In this document: positions 1 through 10,339 of the stretch, piece by piece
Numbering within the stretch: the stretch's first letter is position 1
How the letters are laid out: every line of letters begins with the position of its first letter
NCBI GenBank assembly: GCA_945860335.1
Contig: CAMAQW010000001.1
Location: 1 to 38,465 of the forward strand
Length of the DNA: 38,465 nt
Direction of reading: 5' to 3'
From: Sediminibacterium ginsengisoli
GTDB taxonomy: Bacteria; Bacteroidota; Bacteroidia; Chitinophagales; Chitinophagaceae
Translations under genes and position numbers: made by a program
Notes under the pieces: generated by a model
What the model was told of the DNA's origin: nothing
Databases searched by the model: none
The model's input: the letters and a program-made list of their open reading frames with translations, nothing else

Positions 1-1527
1 GAGGGTACCGAAAAAAATCCGTGGGAATTAGAACACCGCAACGGTACAACCCAAGAAGATAAAAAAAATTCTCCCATACAAAGTAAGTGTTACGCTTACG
101 ACGAGGTTTCAAAAAAGTTTTTTGTAAACGATAACGATCATCCTTACAATCCAGTAAAACCTTTTGATTGGATTAGAGGCAATCATGTTGGTGGTCGCTC
201 ACTGATGTGGGGCCGTCAAAGTTACCGCTGGAGTCCACTCGATTTTGAATCCAATGCAAAAGATGGTCATGGTACAGATTGGCCTATTCGTTACAACGAT
301 TTAGCACCATGGTATAGTTATGTAGAAAAATTTGCCGGCATCAGTGGCAATAGAGATGGCCTTTCTATGCTACCTGATGGAGAGTTCATGCCTGCTATGG
401 AAATGAACTGTGTAGAAAAGCTAGTAGCTGGTGAATTAAAAACAAAAATGGGTCGTCCCATGATTATTGGACGCTCCGCCAATCATACGGCAAAAATTGG
501 AACCCGTGGCCCTTGTCAATTTAGAAATAAGTGTCATCAGGGTTGTCCATTTAGTGGCTATTTTAGTTCCAATGCAGCAACCCTTCCTGCCGCTTTTGCA
601 ACAGGAAATTTAACACTTCGTCCAGATGCCATCACCACAGAAATTTTATACGATAAGGAAACCGGCCGTGCAAAAGGGGTGCGCATTTTAGATTCAAACA
701 CCAATTTAACCGAAGAGTATTATGCAAAAATTGTTTTCTTAAATGCATCTACTTTAGGCACTTCTCATATTTTACTCAATTCTGTTTCGGAGGTTTTCCC
801 AGAAGGTTTTGGCAACAGTAGTTTACAAGTAGGCCACAACTTAATGGACCACCATTATGGCGTGGGTGCTTCTGGAACCTATGAAGGATTTTTAGATCAG
901 TACACGTATGGACGAAGACCCAACGGTATTTATATTCCTCGGTTTAGAAATTTAGATGGTGGATCTTCGGCAGGGTACGTTCGCGGATTTGGTTATCAAG
1001 GTGGCGCCGGAAGGGGAAGACAAGAGGGTGAAGGTATTGGAGCATCGTTTAAAGAAAGCATTACAGAAGCAGGTAACTGGTCCATGGGTATTGGCTCATG
1101 GGGTGAGCACTTACCATATTACGAGAACAAAGTAACGCTTAGTAAAGACAAAAAAGACAAGTGGGGCTTGCCGTTACTTGATATTGATTGCGAGTTCAAA
1201 GAAAATGAAATGAAGATGCGCGTGGACATGAAAAATAGCGCAGCAGAAATGTTAGAAGCAGCGGGTTTAAAAAATGTTTCTACCTATGATACCATGCCAG
1301 CACCTGGATTTTGTATTCATGAAATGGGAACGGCGCGTATGGGTAAGGATCCTAAAACCTCTGTACTCAATAAGTGGAACCAGATGCACGATGCAAAAAA
1401 TGTATTTATTACAGATGGTTCTTGTATGGCATCTTCGGCTTGTCAAAATCCTTCATTAACCTACATGGCCCTTACTGCAAGAGCCACCGATTTTGCTGTA
1501 AGTGAATTAAAGAAAGGAAATTTATAG
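1..1527 (+). CDS. GMC-family FAD oxidoreductase (glycoside 3-dehydrogenase-like flavoprotein subunit), 5'-truncated by window edge
   Basis: Frame is open from base 1 (EGTEKNPWELEHRNG...WIRGNHVGGRSLMWGRQSYR), so the true start is upstream of the window. GMC motifs VGGRSLMWG, GHNLMDH, HEMGTARMG, NPSLTYMAL; Cys cluster CQFRNKCHQGC. Confidence 0.9.
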   Translation, partial: EGTEKNPWELEHRNGTTQEDKKNSPIQSKCYAYDEVSKKFFVNDNDHPYNPVKPFDWIRGNHVGGRSLMWGRQSYRWSPLDFESNAKDGHGTDWPIRYNDLAPWYSYVEKFAGISGNRDGLSMLPDGEFMPAMEMNCVEKLVAGELKTKMGRPMIIGRSANHTAKIGTRGPCQFRNKCHQGCPFSGYFSSNAATLPAAFATGNLTLRPDAITTEILYDKETGRAKGVRILDSNTNLTEEYYAKIVFLNASTLGTSHILLNSVSEVFPEGFGNSSLQVGHNLMDHHYGVGASGTYEGFLDQYTYGRRPNGIYIPRFRNLDGGSSAGYVRGFGYQGGAGRGRQEGEGIGASFKESITEAGNWSMGIGSWGEHLPYYENKVTLSKDKKDKWGLPLLDIDCEFKENEMKMRVDMKNSAAEMLEAAGLKNVSTYDTMPAPGFCIHEMGTARMGKDPKTSVLNKWNQMHDAKNVFITDGSCMASSACQNPSLTYMALTARATDFAVSELKKGNL

Positions 1528-1632
1528 ATTTATTTTGATCTAATTTGTTGATTAACAATCACTTAAATTATCTTTTATATAAATCATTAAACTTATATAA
1601 ATAAAACTAGATTTGTATTTCAATCATTTTGA

Positions 1633-2697
1633 ATGCACACTTCTAGGAAGCAGTTTTTATTGCTTTTACTTTTGGCAACCTGCTTTGTTTGGTCTTGCAA
1701 AACAGTGCAGCCTCCAGCTTCAGCAAAAGGAAATAATAACATCGAAGGAGAGTCTTTTGTACTTGCTAATACCACTTCTTCTAATTTTTTATATGCGTCC
1801 ATTGTTAAAGGTTCGGTAAGTGTACGCAGTACTTACCTGCCCTCCGATTCGGGTTCCATCACATACCAAGAAGGAACAGACTTTACCATCAATTATAAAA
1901 AAGGAACCATTGCAAGAACATTAAAATCTCGCATTCCTAATTATGCAAATCATTCATTGTTTGAGAAAATAAATTTTAACCAAAACGAGGCTAAAAATTA
2001 TAGCAATAATCCCTATTTTATTTGGGTAGACTATGCTACAAACAAAAACGAAATACTTGTAGATTCAATGGATCAAAGCCAGTATTTAAGGGCGTTTAAA
2101 AATAAATTAGAGCGCGGAGTGCCCGTAAATATTATTTCCTATGGAAATAGTATCGCAGCAGGAATGGAATCTACAAATGATCAATTAAGGTTTCAGAACC
2201 GGTGGATCAATCATTTAAAAACGTTATTTCCGACATCAAATATTAAACTAGAGGACGCGACCCTGCCAGGTTATACAACACTTGAAGCCATTGCTTATTG
2301 GGAAGCATACATTGGCCGAAAAAATCCTGATTTGGTGCTTTTGGGTTGGGGTATGAATGAAGCCAACATTGGCGGCATGACACCTAGTGATTATAAACGT
2401 AACCTTATTACTTTAGCGCAAAAGAGTAAGCAATTTAAGAATGCTGAGGTTGTCATTTATTCCTGTTTTAGACCCAATGAAAATTGGCGTTTCGCCAGCC
2501 ATAAAATGGAGTTATATACCCAGGCTGCTAAAGAAGCAGCAGCTACTGCTAATTGTGCCTATGTTGATGTGTATGGGGTTTATGAAAAAGTATTTGCACG
2601 AAAAAATCAGCCTTCGTTATTGAGTAACAACATTAACCATCCCAATAACTTTGGACACTGGTTGTATTTAAGGGCGTTTATGAATGTGGTTTTTTAA
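1633..2697 (+). CDS. SGNH/GDSL hydrolase family lipoprotein (putative esterase)
   Basis: Lipobox-like FVWS-C; SGNH blocks YGNSIAAG, GWGMNE, NINHPNNFGH. Confidence 0.8.
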   Translation: MHTSRKQFLLLLLLATCFVWSCKTVQPPASAKGNNNIEGESFVLANTTSSNFLYASIVKGSVSVRSTYLPSDSGSITYQEGTDFTINYKKGTIARTLKSRIPNYANHSLFEKINFNQNEAKNYSNNPYFIWVDYATNKNEILVDSMDQSQYLRAFKNKLERGVPVNIISYGNSIAAGMESTNDQLRFQNRWINHLKTLFPTSNIKLEDATLPGYTTLEAIAYWEAYIGRKNPDLVLLGWGMNEANIGGMTPSDYKRNLITLAQKSKQFKNAEVVIYSCFRPNENWRFASHKMELYTQAAKEAAATANCAYVDVYGVYEKVFARKNQPSLLSNNINHPNNFGHWLYLRAFMNVVF

Positions 2698-3929
2698 ATT
2701 ACCGAAAGCACTTTGTTTTTTGCAAGCAAACATGCACCAATAATACCCGCTTTTTCGCCAAGTTTTGAAAGTTTTAATTCTGTATCTGCGTTAACAAGGC
2801 TAAGTGAATACTTATTAATTGAACTCTTAGTAGGTAATTTTAGGTATTCACCCGTTTCGGATAAAGTACCACCTAATATGATTAACTCAGGGTTAAACAC
2901 ATTAATTAATACGGCTAATCCCTTTCCTAAATTCTCCCCAATTTCAGCAAGTAACTCAATCGTTAATACATCTTCATTTTGACCTGCTAGTACAATGTCG
3001 GTCAGTGTGATGTCTTCAATTTTTTTATTTTTCTTTAAAGCAGCAGACGTATACCCTTGTTTAATTTTTTCTTTAAACTTTCGGAGTAGCGCATTACCAG
3101 AGGCTTCAGTTTCTAAACAACCTTTTTTACCGCAGTGACAAATAATTTCATTGTTAAAAAAGGGGATATGTCCAAACTCACCACTAAATCCAGACTTACC
3201 GTAATAAACTTTTCCATCAATTAAAATACCAAGCCCTATTCCATAGTCGAGATTAACAAACAATACATTTTTTTCTGTATTTACTTCGCCATTACAAAAT
3301 TCACCAAATGCCATGGCCCTTGAGTCATTTTCTAAATAGGTTTTAATCCCAATTTTTTCCTGAATGATTTGTGATAACGGCTCTTCTTGAAAATGAAAGA
3401 AAGTATAACTATATCCTTTTGTATGGTTAATTCTACCTGAAAGATTGATGCCTAAACTTAAAATCTTTTCTTTCTTAACCCCAACCTCTTTAATAAAGTT
3501 TTGTATGATTTGAATTAACTGGTGTAAAGATTCGGCCGTATTTTCTAATTTAAATGCAATCCTATTTTTTTGACTGACCAATTGCTTTTTAAAATTGAGG
3601 AGCCCGATATTGATATAATATTTTTTAACATCTACCCCTAGAATAAACCCAGCGTCACCAATTAAGCCGTATAAGTTGGCTTTTCGGCCTCCTGTTGATT
3701 CAAATTTACCATAGTCGCTAATGAGTCCTTCTTCAATTAATTCGGTAATTAAGCTAGTGGTTTTAGGTACACTGATATTTAGTTCTTTGCTTAATTCATT
3801 GATAGAAGCGCTTTCGGTTTGATCTAAGTGCTTGAAAATTAATCCTTTAAGAATTTTATTTTTTAGCGCAACACCAGACGAATTGTCATTGTTAAAAAGT
3901 GTAGAGAGTATATGATTTGGCTTACCCAT
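2694..3929 (-). CDS. ROK family transcriptional regulator (NagC/XylR-like)
   Basis: N-terminal wHTH (SINELSKELNISVPKTTSLITELIEEGLI), STGGRKA linker, ENDSRAMA, GEFGH, CHCGKKGCLE zinc motif. Confidence 0.93.
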   Translation of the reverse strand: MGKPNHILSTLFNNDNSSGVALKNKILKGLIFKHLDQTESASINELSKELNISVPKTTSLITELIEEGLISDYGKFESTGGRKANLYGLIGDAGFILGVDVKKYYINIGLLNFKKQLVSQKNRIAFKLENTAESLHQLIQIIQNFIKEVGVKKEKILSLGINLSGRINHTKGYSYTFFHFQEEPLSQIIQEKIGIKTYLENDSRAMAFGEFCNGEVNTEKNVLFVNLDYGIGLGILIDGKVYYGKSGFSGEFGHIPFFNNEIICHCGKKGCLETEASGNALLRKFKEKIKQGYTSAALKKNKKIEDITLTDIVLAGQNEDVLTIELLAEIGENLGKGLAVLINVFNPELIILGGTLSETGEYLKLPTKSSINKYSLSLVNADTELKLSKLGEKAGIIGACLLAKNKVLSVI

Positions 3930-4097
3930 AGCGGTTTTGTGTAAGTAAATATAGGAAATGGCTGAAAAAGTCTTAATAATTAAAAAAATTTAAAAAGTAT
4001 TGCGATTATTAGTAAAATATTTAAGATATTGCTGATATATATAAAAAATCGTTATCAATTTAATTCGGATCAATTAAGGTCAAAGGTTCTAAATAAT

Positions 4098-5267
4098 ATG
4101 AGCAAAGAAAAACTGAAGGCATATAGTAGCCTCTACAAAAATGAGCTAGTTAATAATATACTACCATTTTGGCTTGAGAATAGTAAAGATGAATTAAATG
4201 GCGGATACTTTACTTGCTTGGATCAAAAAGGAAATGTGTATGATACCGATAAATTTATTTGGTTGCAGGGAAGAGAAGTGTGGTGTTTTAGCTTCATGTA
4301 CAACCACCTTGAGCAAAATCCAGCTTGGTTGGATATGGCATTGCATGGTGCTAATTTTCTAAAAAAATACGGAAGAGACGCATCTGGAGATTGGTATTTT
4401 TCGCTTACTGCAGAGGGTAAACCCCTAATTCAACCCTATAATATTTTTAGTGATTGTTTTGCTACAATGGCTTTTGCTTCTTTAGATAAAGCAACGCCTT
4501 CTGATGAGTTTAAAAAAATTGCCTTAGATACTTTTAATAATATTATCAAACGCAAAAACAATACAAAAGGAAAATATACTAAAAGTTTTCCTGGAACGCG
4601 GTCTTTAAAAAACTTTAGCCTTCCAATGATTCTTTGTAATCTTTCGTTAGAGCTGGAACATATTTTAGGTAAAGAAAAAGTAGAGGAATTTATCCCTACC
4701 ATTATTCATGAAGTGATGGATGTATTTTATCATTCCGAATTTGGATTGATTTTAGAAAACGTTCATGAAGACGGTAGTTTTTCAGACAGTTTTGAAGGTC
4801 GTTTGCTAAATCCAGGGCATGCCATTGAAGCCATGTGGTTTATTATGGACTTGGGTAAACGAACAAATGATGAAAAATTAATTCATAGAGCAAAAGATAT
4901 CATGTTGCGTACGCTAGAACATGGATGGGATAAGGAATATGATGGTATTTTGTATTTTTTGGATGTAAAAGGGTATCCTCCACAACAGTTGGAATGGGAT
5001 CAGAAATTATGGTGGGTGCATGTAGAAGCGTTGGTTGCATTAGCAAAGGGTTATGCATTAACAGGTGATGAAAAATGTTTAGAATGGTTTGAAAAAGTAC
5101 ATGCATACACATGGTCTAAATTTAAGGACAAAGAATACGGAGAATGGTTTGGTTATTTAAATAGAAGAGGTGAAGTTTTACTGCCATTAAAAGGTGGTAA
5201 ATGGAAGGGTTGTTTTCATATACCAAGGGCTTTGTATCAAATTTCTAAAACCTTTGAAACAGTTTAA
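4098..5267 (+). CDS. N-acylglucosamine 2-epimerase (AGE/NanE-type, ManNAc-GlcNAc interconversion)
   Basis: GGYFTCLD, DKFIWLQGREVW, NPGHAIEAMWF, QKLWWVH, KWKGCFH motifs. ATG at 4098 (MSKEKLK) preferred over TTG at 4029. Confidence 0.92.
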   Translation: MSKEKLKAYSSLYKNELVNNILPFWLENSKDELNGGYFTCLDQKGNVYDTDKFIWLQGREVWCFSFMYNHLEQNPAWLDMALHGANFLKKYGRDASGDWYFSLTAEGKPLIQPYNIFSDCFATMAFASLDKATPSDEFKKIALDTFNNIIKRKNNTKGKYTKSFPGTRSLKNFSLPMILCNLSLELEHILGKEKVEEFIPTIIHEVMDVFYHSEFGLILENVHEDGSFSDSFEGRLLNPGHAIEAMWFIMDLGKRTNDEKLIHRAKDIMLRTLEHGWDKEYDGILYFLDVKGYPPQQLEWDQKLWWVHVEALVALAKGYALTGDEKCLEWFEKVHAYTWSKFKDKEYGEWFGYLNRRGEVLLPLKGGKWKGCFHIPRALYQISKTFETV

Positions 5268-7184
5268 ATGAGGGGAATAAAAATATATATTTTTTACTTT
5301 CTTTCACTGTTACTCGTGATTGATGCACAAGCACAAACATCTTACAAAACAGATGTTTTGGTTATAGGCGCAAGTGCCAGTGGCATTGCTGCTGGTATAC
5401 AATCTGCTCGTATGGGCGTTCAAACAATAATTGTAGAGCCTACTACTTGGTTAGGTGGCATGATAACTGCAGCAGGTGTTTGTGCATTTGATGGCAACCA
5501 TAGTATGCCATCTGGTTTATTTGGAGAATTTAGAGAGGCTTTACACAAAGTGTATGGCGGTGCCTCTAAAGTGTCTACAGGCTGGGTTAGTAATACACTC
5601 TTTGAACCACATGTGGGTGATAGTATTTTCAAATCGATGGTGCTTCATACCAAAGGGTTAACGGTGAAGTATCAGTTTCAATTTGTAAGCGCTATTAAAA
5701 ATAACAATGCAATCACTGGTGCCATTTTTCTACATCTGCCAACCAATCAAAAAGTTACCATTTATGCCAAACAAGTTATAGATGCTACTGAACTTGGGGA
5801 TGTGCTTGCAAATGCAGGAGTGCCATATAGTTTAGGTATGGAAGCAAGTGCAGTAACTGGTGAAGATGTACATGTTTCAGAAACAAATGATATCGTTCAG
5901 GATATCACTTATGTTGCTATTTTGAAAGATTATGGAAAGGGGACAGATAAGACCATTCCAAAGCCAAAAAATTACGATCCTTCCGAATTTGATGGAGCCT
6001 GCACTGATTATTATTTTAATACCGCAAAGCCAAAGCCAAATGTTGATGCCAAAAAAATGCTTGACTATGGCAAACTACCCAATAAAAAATACATGATTAA
6101 CTGGCCTAATAGTGGCAATGATATTTATTTAAATATTGTTGAAATGAATGAGGCTGATCGCGAAAAAGAATTGGTAAAAGCCAAGGAGCAAACACTTCGG
6201 TTTATTTATTTTATTCAACATCAATTAGGATTTAAAAACTTAGGATTAGCGGATGATGAATATCCGACAGCTGATAAATTACCACTTATTCCTTATCATA
6301 GAGAAAGTAGAAGGGTAAAGGGTTTGGTGCGTTTTGATGTAAAGCATATTGCAAAGCCTTTTGATTCGCCCAATCCATTGTATAAAACAGGTATTGCAGT
6401 TGGCGATTATCCAATTGATCACCACCATAAAAAAAATCTAAAAGCACCGCAGCATCTAGACTTTTATCCTGTTCCTTCTTTTAATATTCCACTAGGATCT
6501 TTAATACCACAAGATATAAGTGGTTTAATTGTTGCAGAAAAAAGCATAAGTGTTTCAAATGTTGTAAACGGTACAACTCGACTTCAAGCCATTGCTTTAT
6601 TAATTGGTCAGGCTGCTGGAACATTAGCAGCTCAAGCTGTTCAGCAAAATCTTGATGCACAAAATATACCTGTTAGAAAAGTGCAATTAGGTTTGCTTAA
6701 TAGCAATGCCTATATCATGCCTTATTTTGATGTACCTCAAAGCCATCCTCAATTTATTGCGACCCAAAAAATTGGTGCAACTGGAATTTTAAAAGGACAA
6801 GGGGTCCCCTATAGTTGGGCAAATAGAACGCTTTTTCATCCAGACTCGCTTGTAAACCGAACGGCTTTAGCTCAAGATATAGCTGATTTATGTTTACTAA
6901 CACCAAAACAGCAAGCCTATCTAAGCCTATCTGAAACTATTGATATCATTATTGAAATAGCAAAGAATAAGAAGCTTGCAACAAAATCGGCTTCTTGGAA
7001 TTTATCTGATAAAAAATTACTTACAAATCAGATAAAGCAATCATGGCAGCGATGGAAATTTGGTTCATTCAACCCCAATAGTTATGTAACACGCATTCAG
7101 TTTGCACAGCTAATGGATGCTACCATCAATCCTTTTGAATTGCAACAAATTGACCACAACGGAAAAATTAAACCTACATATTAA
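5268..7184 (+). CDS. Exported FAD-dependent oxidoreductase with C-terminal SLH-like segments
   Basis: Signal peptide ending AQA-Q; DVLVIGASASGIAAG Rossmann motif, IDATELGD, YHRESRR, GDYPIDHH; C-terminal FDVPQSHP...GILKG...FHPDSLVNR and FNPNSYVTR. Confidence 0.8.
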   Translation: MRGIKIYIFYFLSLLLVIDAQAQTSYKTDVLVIGASASGIAAGIQSARMGVQTIIVEPTTWLGGMITAAGVCAFDGNHSMPSGLFGEFREALHKVYGGASKVSTGWVSNTLFEPHVGDSIFKSMVLHTKGLTVKYQFQFVSAIKNNNAITGAIFLHLPTNQKVTIYAKQVIDATELGDVLANAGVPYSLGMEASAVTGEDVHVSETNDIVQDITYVAILKDYGKGTDKTIPKPKNYDPSEFDGACTDYYFNTAKPKPNVDAKKMLDYGKLPNKKYMINWPNSGNDIYLNIVEMNEADREKELVKAKEQTLRFIYFIQHQLGFKNLGLADDEYPTADKLPLIPYHRESRRVKGLVRFDVKHIAKPFDSPNPLYKTGIAVGDYPIDHHHKKNLKAPQHLDFYPVPSFNIPLGSLIPQDISGLIVAEKSISVSNVVNGTTRLQAIALLIGQAAGTLAAQAVQQNLDAQNIPVRKVQLGLLNSNAYIMPYFDVPQSHPQFIATQKIGATGILKGQGVPYSWANRTLFHPDSLVNRTALAQDIADLCLLTPKQQAYLSLSETIDIIIEIAKNKKLATKSASWNLSDKKLLTNQIKQSWQRWKFGSFNPNSYVTRIQFAQLMDATINPFELQQIDHNGKIKPTY

Positions 7185-7202
7185 AAAACAAAACGTTTGC
7201 TT

Positions 7203-10200
7203 ATGAAAAAAGTATCGCTCTTTTGCTGTTTTCTGCTAATGATCTTGAGCAGTGCAGTAGCGCAACAATTTAATGTTGCGGGAAGAGTAACCAGTGCCAG
7301 TTCTGGTAGACCTGCAGAAGGTATTTCGGTATTGGTTAAAGGATCAAAAAAAGGAACCACCACAAATTCGAGTGGAAATTACAATGTATCAGTTAATACA
7401 GGTGCGACACTTGTTTTTTCTGGAATTGGGTTTGCAACACAAGAATTAAAAGTATCTGGTAACACACTTGATGTAGTGCTTCAAGTTACAGTGGGTGATA
7501 TTGGTGAAGTAGTTGTTGTGGGATATGGTTCTCAGAAAAAAGCAAGTCTTACGGGGTCATTGGTAACTTTAAACAACAGCGCTTTAAACAAGCGTCAAGT
7601 TTCAAGTACGAGCCAAGCTTTACAAGGTTTAGCCCCGGGTGTAACCGTTCAACAGCAATCTGGAAAACCTGGCGCAGATGGAGCTAGTATAGTTGTGCGT
7701 GGACAGGGTTCCATTTCAGGTAGTAATGCACCCTTAATTATTGTGGACGGATTGGCCGTTGGTTCTCTAGACCAAATCGATCCTAACGCTATTGAAAGTA
7801 TTACATTGTTAAAAGATGCTGCATCTACGGCCATTTATGGTAATAGAGCATCTGCCGGTGTAGTTTTAGTAAAAACAAAAAGGGCTACCGAAAAAGGTTT
7901 ACAAGTAAACTACAATGCTTTTGTAACACAACAGCAAGCTACTTCTTTACCCAACAGAGTAAGTGGTATCGATCATATGTTATTGAGTAACGAGGCAGAA
8001 AAAAACCGAACTGGTATTCCTACATCTTCTGTTTTTCCTCAGGCATTGATTGATCGTTATAAAACTACTGCCCCTAATAATTTAGATATCATTGATACGG
8101 ATTGGATAAAAGAATTGTTTACCAATTCTGGCATCATGCAAAACCATAACGTGCAGGTATCTACATCTACCGATAAGGTTAATTTGTTTTCTTCTTTTTC
8201 TTATTTGAAGCAAGAAGGTTTAATTCCTAATAGTAGTTTTGAGAAATACGATATCAGACTTAATCCTGAATTTAAAGTGAATGATAAGTTTTCTTTGGTT
8301 TCTGTACTAGCATACAATACCAATAGAACAACAAACCCATCTACTGGTAGTGCTGAATTTATTATTCGTCAAGCAATTGGTCTTCCTGCTATTGGTGCTG
8401 GTAAATTTGGCCCTGGCATGTATGGTAATGCTGCACAGTCTAACAATAGAAATCCACTTGCGATGGCGGAAGCTGCTGGTACATCGGTGGTTAATGGAAG
8501 TACAATGCTTACTCGTTTTGGATTTAATTATAAGCCTATTAGTGGTTTAGAAATTGAAGCATATTGGGGTAGACAAGTGTCAAATCCTTGGACTAAAACA
8601 TTTGTTAAGAATGCTGATATTTATCAGCCAAATATTGCTACAGGTGGTTATTCATTTGTGGGCACATGGCCTGGTACAACTAGTTTGTCTGAGTCATATA
8701 CCAATAACGTGTATAAAACATATTTAGGACAAGCAACGTATACAAAGCGTTTTGGTAATCATTCAATAAAAGTATTAACAGGTGCTCAGACAGAGTTATT
8801 CACCAACTATTTCTTTGGTGCATCTAGAACTGGTTTTGTAAATCCAAACCAACCTTACTTAAATTTAGGAAGTGGTATTCGCGATAACAATGCGGGTGCA
8901 TCTGAACTTGCGTTGGCTGGTTTTTTTGCAAGGGTTAACTACAGTTTATCTGATAAATATTATTTAGAATTAAATGGTAGAAGAGATGGTACTTCTCGTT
9001 TTTCTCAAGCAAGAAATAAACAATGGGGTAATTTTGGAGCGGCATCTGCTGGTTGGATTTTTTCTAAAGAATCATTTTTCAAAAGCATATCTGACGTAGT
9101 AACATTTGGTAAGATCCGTGGTTCAATAGGTGGAAACGGAAACCAAAATATTGGTAACAACTATGCTTACGATGCTTTTTATGCGCTATCGAATTACAGC
9201 AATCCCAACAATGGTACCAATGCTTATTTTGGTAATGTAACTACTTTGGGTGTTGCTTTACTTCAATTTGCAAATCCTGATTTAAGTTGGGAAACATCTA
9301 AACAATGGAATGCGGGTCTAGATCTTACTTTAGGCAAGCATTTTACGGTAACTGCTGATTATTATGTGAAGACATTAAAAAACATGTTATTGCAAAGAAC
9401 CTTACCGCAGTCTGCTGGAGGATTAAGTAATCCTTTTGTGAATGCGGGTAACATGGAAAATAAAGGATGGGAATTTAGTGTTAACTACAAGAAAAACTTT
9501 GGTAAGTTAGGTGTAGATGTAACTGCAATGATTTCTGATGTTAAAAATAACGTTCTAAATCTTGTGCCTGGAACTCCGTTTATTGGTGATGGTATTAGAA
9601 CTGCACCAGGTCAGGCCTTAGGTTCTTACTTTGGGTATTTAGCAAATGGCTTTTTTACCGATTCAACAGATATTAAAAATTCACCTATTCAATTTGGAAT
9701 TCCTTGGAGTGCAACTACAGCCAATGGTCCAAAGCCTGGTGACATGAAATACAAAGATATCAGTGGACCAGACGGAAATCCAGATGGTAAAATTGACAAC
9801 TTTGATAGAACTTTTATAGGCAATGCATTTCCTAGGTATGAGTATAGTCTTAATGTGAACCTAACGTATAAAAACTTTGATCTAAATATTTTTGGTCAAG
9901 GTGTTGGTCAACGCAATAACTATTTAAGTGGAACAGGTGCTGTTCCTTTTTCAAGTGCCGATTTTGCTGCTTCTCTACTAGATATTCATAAAGATTATTG
10001 GAGACCAGACAATCAAAATGCTACGTTCCCTCGTTTATTACCATCGGGTTCTGGCGGTAACAACTATCTATTGAGTTCTCAGTGGATTAGAAGTGCTGCT
10101 TATTTTAGAATTAAAAACGTTAACCTAGGGTATACGTTACCTCAGGCGTTGTTAAGTAAAGTAAAAATCAAATCGTTTCGTGTATTTGTAAGTGCGGCTA

Positions 10201-10316
10201 ACTTACTTACGATCTCTAAAGCATGGAAAGGATTTGATCCTGAAATAAACAATGCTAATGCAGAATTTTATCCTTTAATGAGAACCTTTACTGCAGGTGT
10301 TAATGTAAACTTTTAA
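7203..10316 (+). CDS. susC: SusC/RagA TonB-dependent outer membrane transporter
   Basis: VVVVGYG, PLIIVDG, IESITLLKDAASTAIYG plug motifs, NPDLSWE, C-terminal F. ATG at 7203. Confidence 0.96.
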   Translation: MKKVSLFCCFLLMILSSAVAQQFNVAGRVTSASSGRPAEGISVLVKGSKKGTTTNSSGNYNVSVNTGATLVFSGIGFATQELKVSGNTLDVVLQVTVGDIGEVVVVGYGSQKKASLTGSLVTLNNSALNKRQVSSTSQALQGLAPGVTVQQQSGKPGADGASIVVRGQGSISGSNAPLIIVDGLAVGSLDQIDPNAIESITLLKDAASTAIYGNRASAGVVLVKTKRATEKGLQVNYNAFVTQQQATSLPNRVSGIDHMLLSNEAEKNRTGIPTSSVFPQALIDRYKTTAPNNLDIIDTDWIKELFTNSGIMQNHNVQVSTSTDKVNLFSSFSYLKQEGLIPNSSFEKYDIRLNPEFKVNDKFSLVSVLAYNTNRTTNPSTGSAEFIIRQAIGLPAIGAGKFGPGMYGNAAQSNNRNPLAMAEAAGTSVVNGSTMLTRFGFNYKPISGLEIEAYWGRQVSNPWTKTFVKNADIYQPNIATGGYSFVGTWPGTTSLSESYTNNVYKTYLGQATYTKRFGNHSIKVLTGAQTELFTNYFFGASRTGFVNPNQPYLNLGSGIRDNNAGASELALAGFFARVNYSLSDKYYLELNGRRDGTSRFSQARNKQWGNFGAASAGWIFSKESFFKSISDVVTFGKIRGSIGGNGNQNIGNNYAYDAFYALSNYSNPNNGTNAYFGNVTTLGVALLQFANPDLSWETSKQWNAGLDLTLGKHFTVTADYYVKTLKNMLLQRTLPQSAGGLSNPFVNAGNMENKGWEFSVNYKKNFGKLGVDVTAMISDVKNNVLNLVPGTPFIGDGIRTAPGQALGSYFGYLANGFFTDSTDIKNSPIQFGIPWSATTANGPKPGDMKYKDISGPDGNPDGKIDNFDRTFIGNAFPRYEYSLNVNLTYKNFDLNIFGQGVGQRNNYLSGTGAVPFSSADFAASLLDIHKDYWRPDNQNATFPRLLPSGSGGNNYLLSSQWIRSAAYFRIKNVNLGYTLPQALLSKVKIKSFRVFVSAANLLTISKAWKGFDPEINNANAEFYPLMRTFTAGVNVNF

Positions 10317-10339
10317 TTGAACTCAATAAATTGAATACA

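Noticed and set aside
4029-4097. Upstream TTG/GTG extensions given by the ORF track (also 7197, 10331, 25401, 28048, 29332, 37054)
   Set aside because: Downstream ATGs with A-rich leaders fit family N-termini or signal peptides better; the extensions cross intergenic or upstream-gene sequence.
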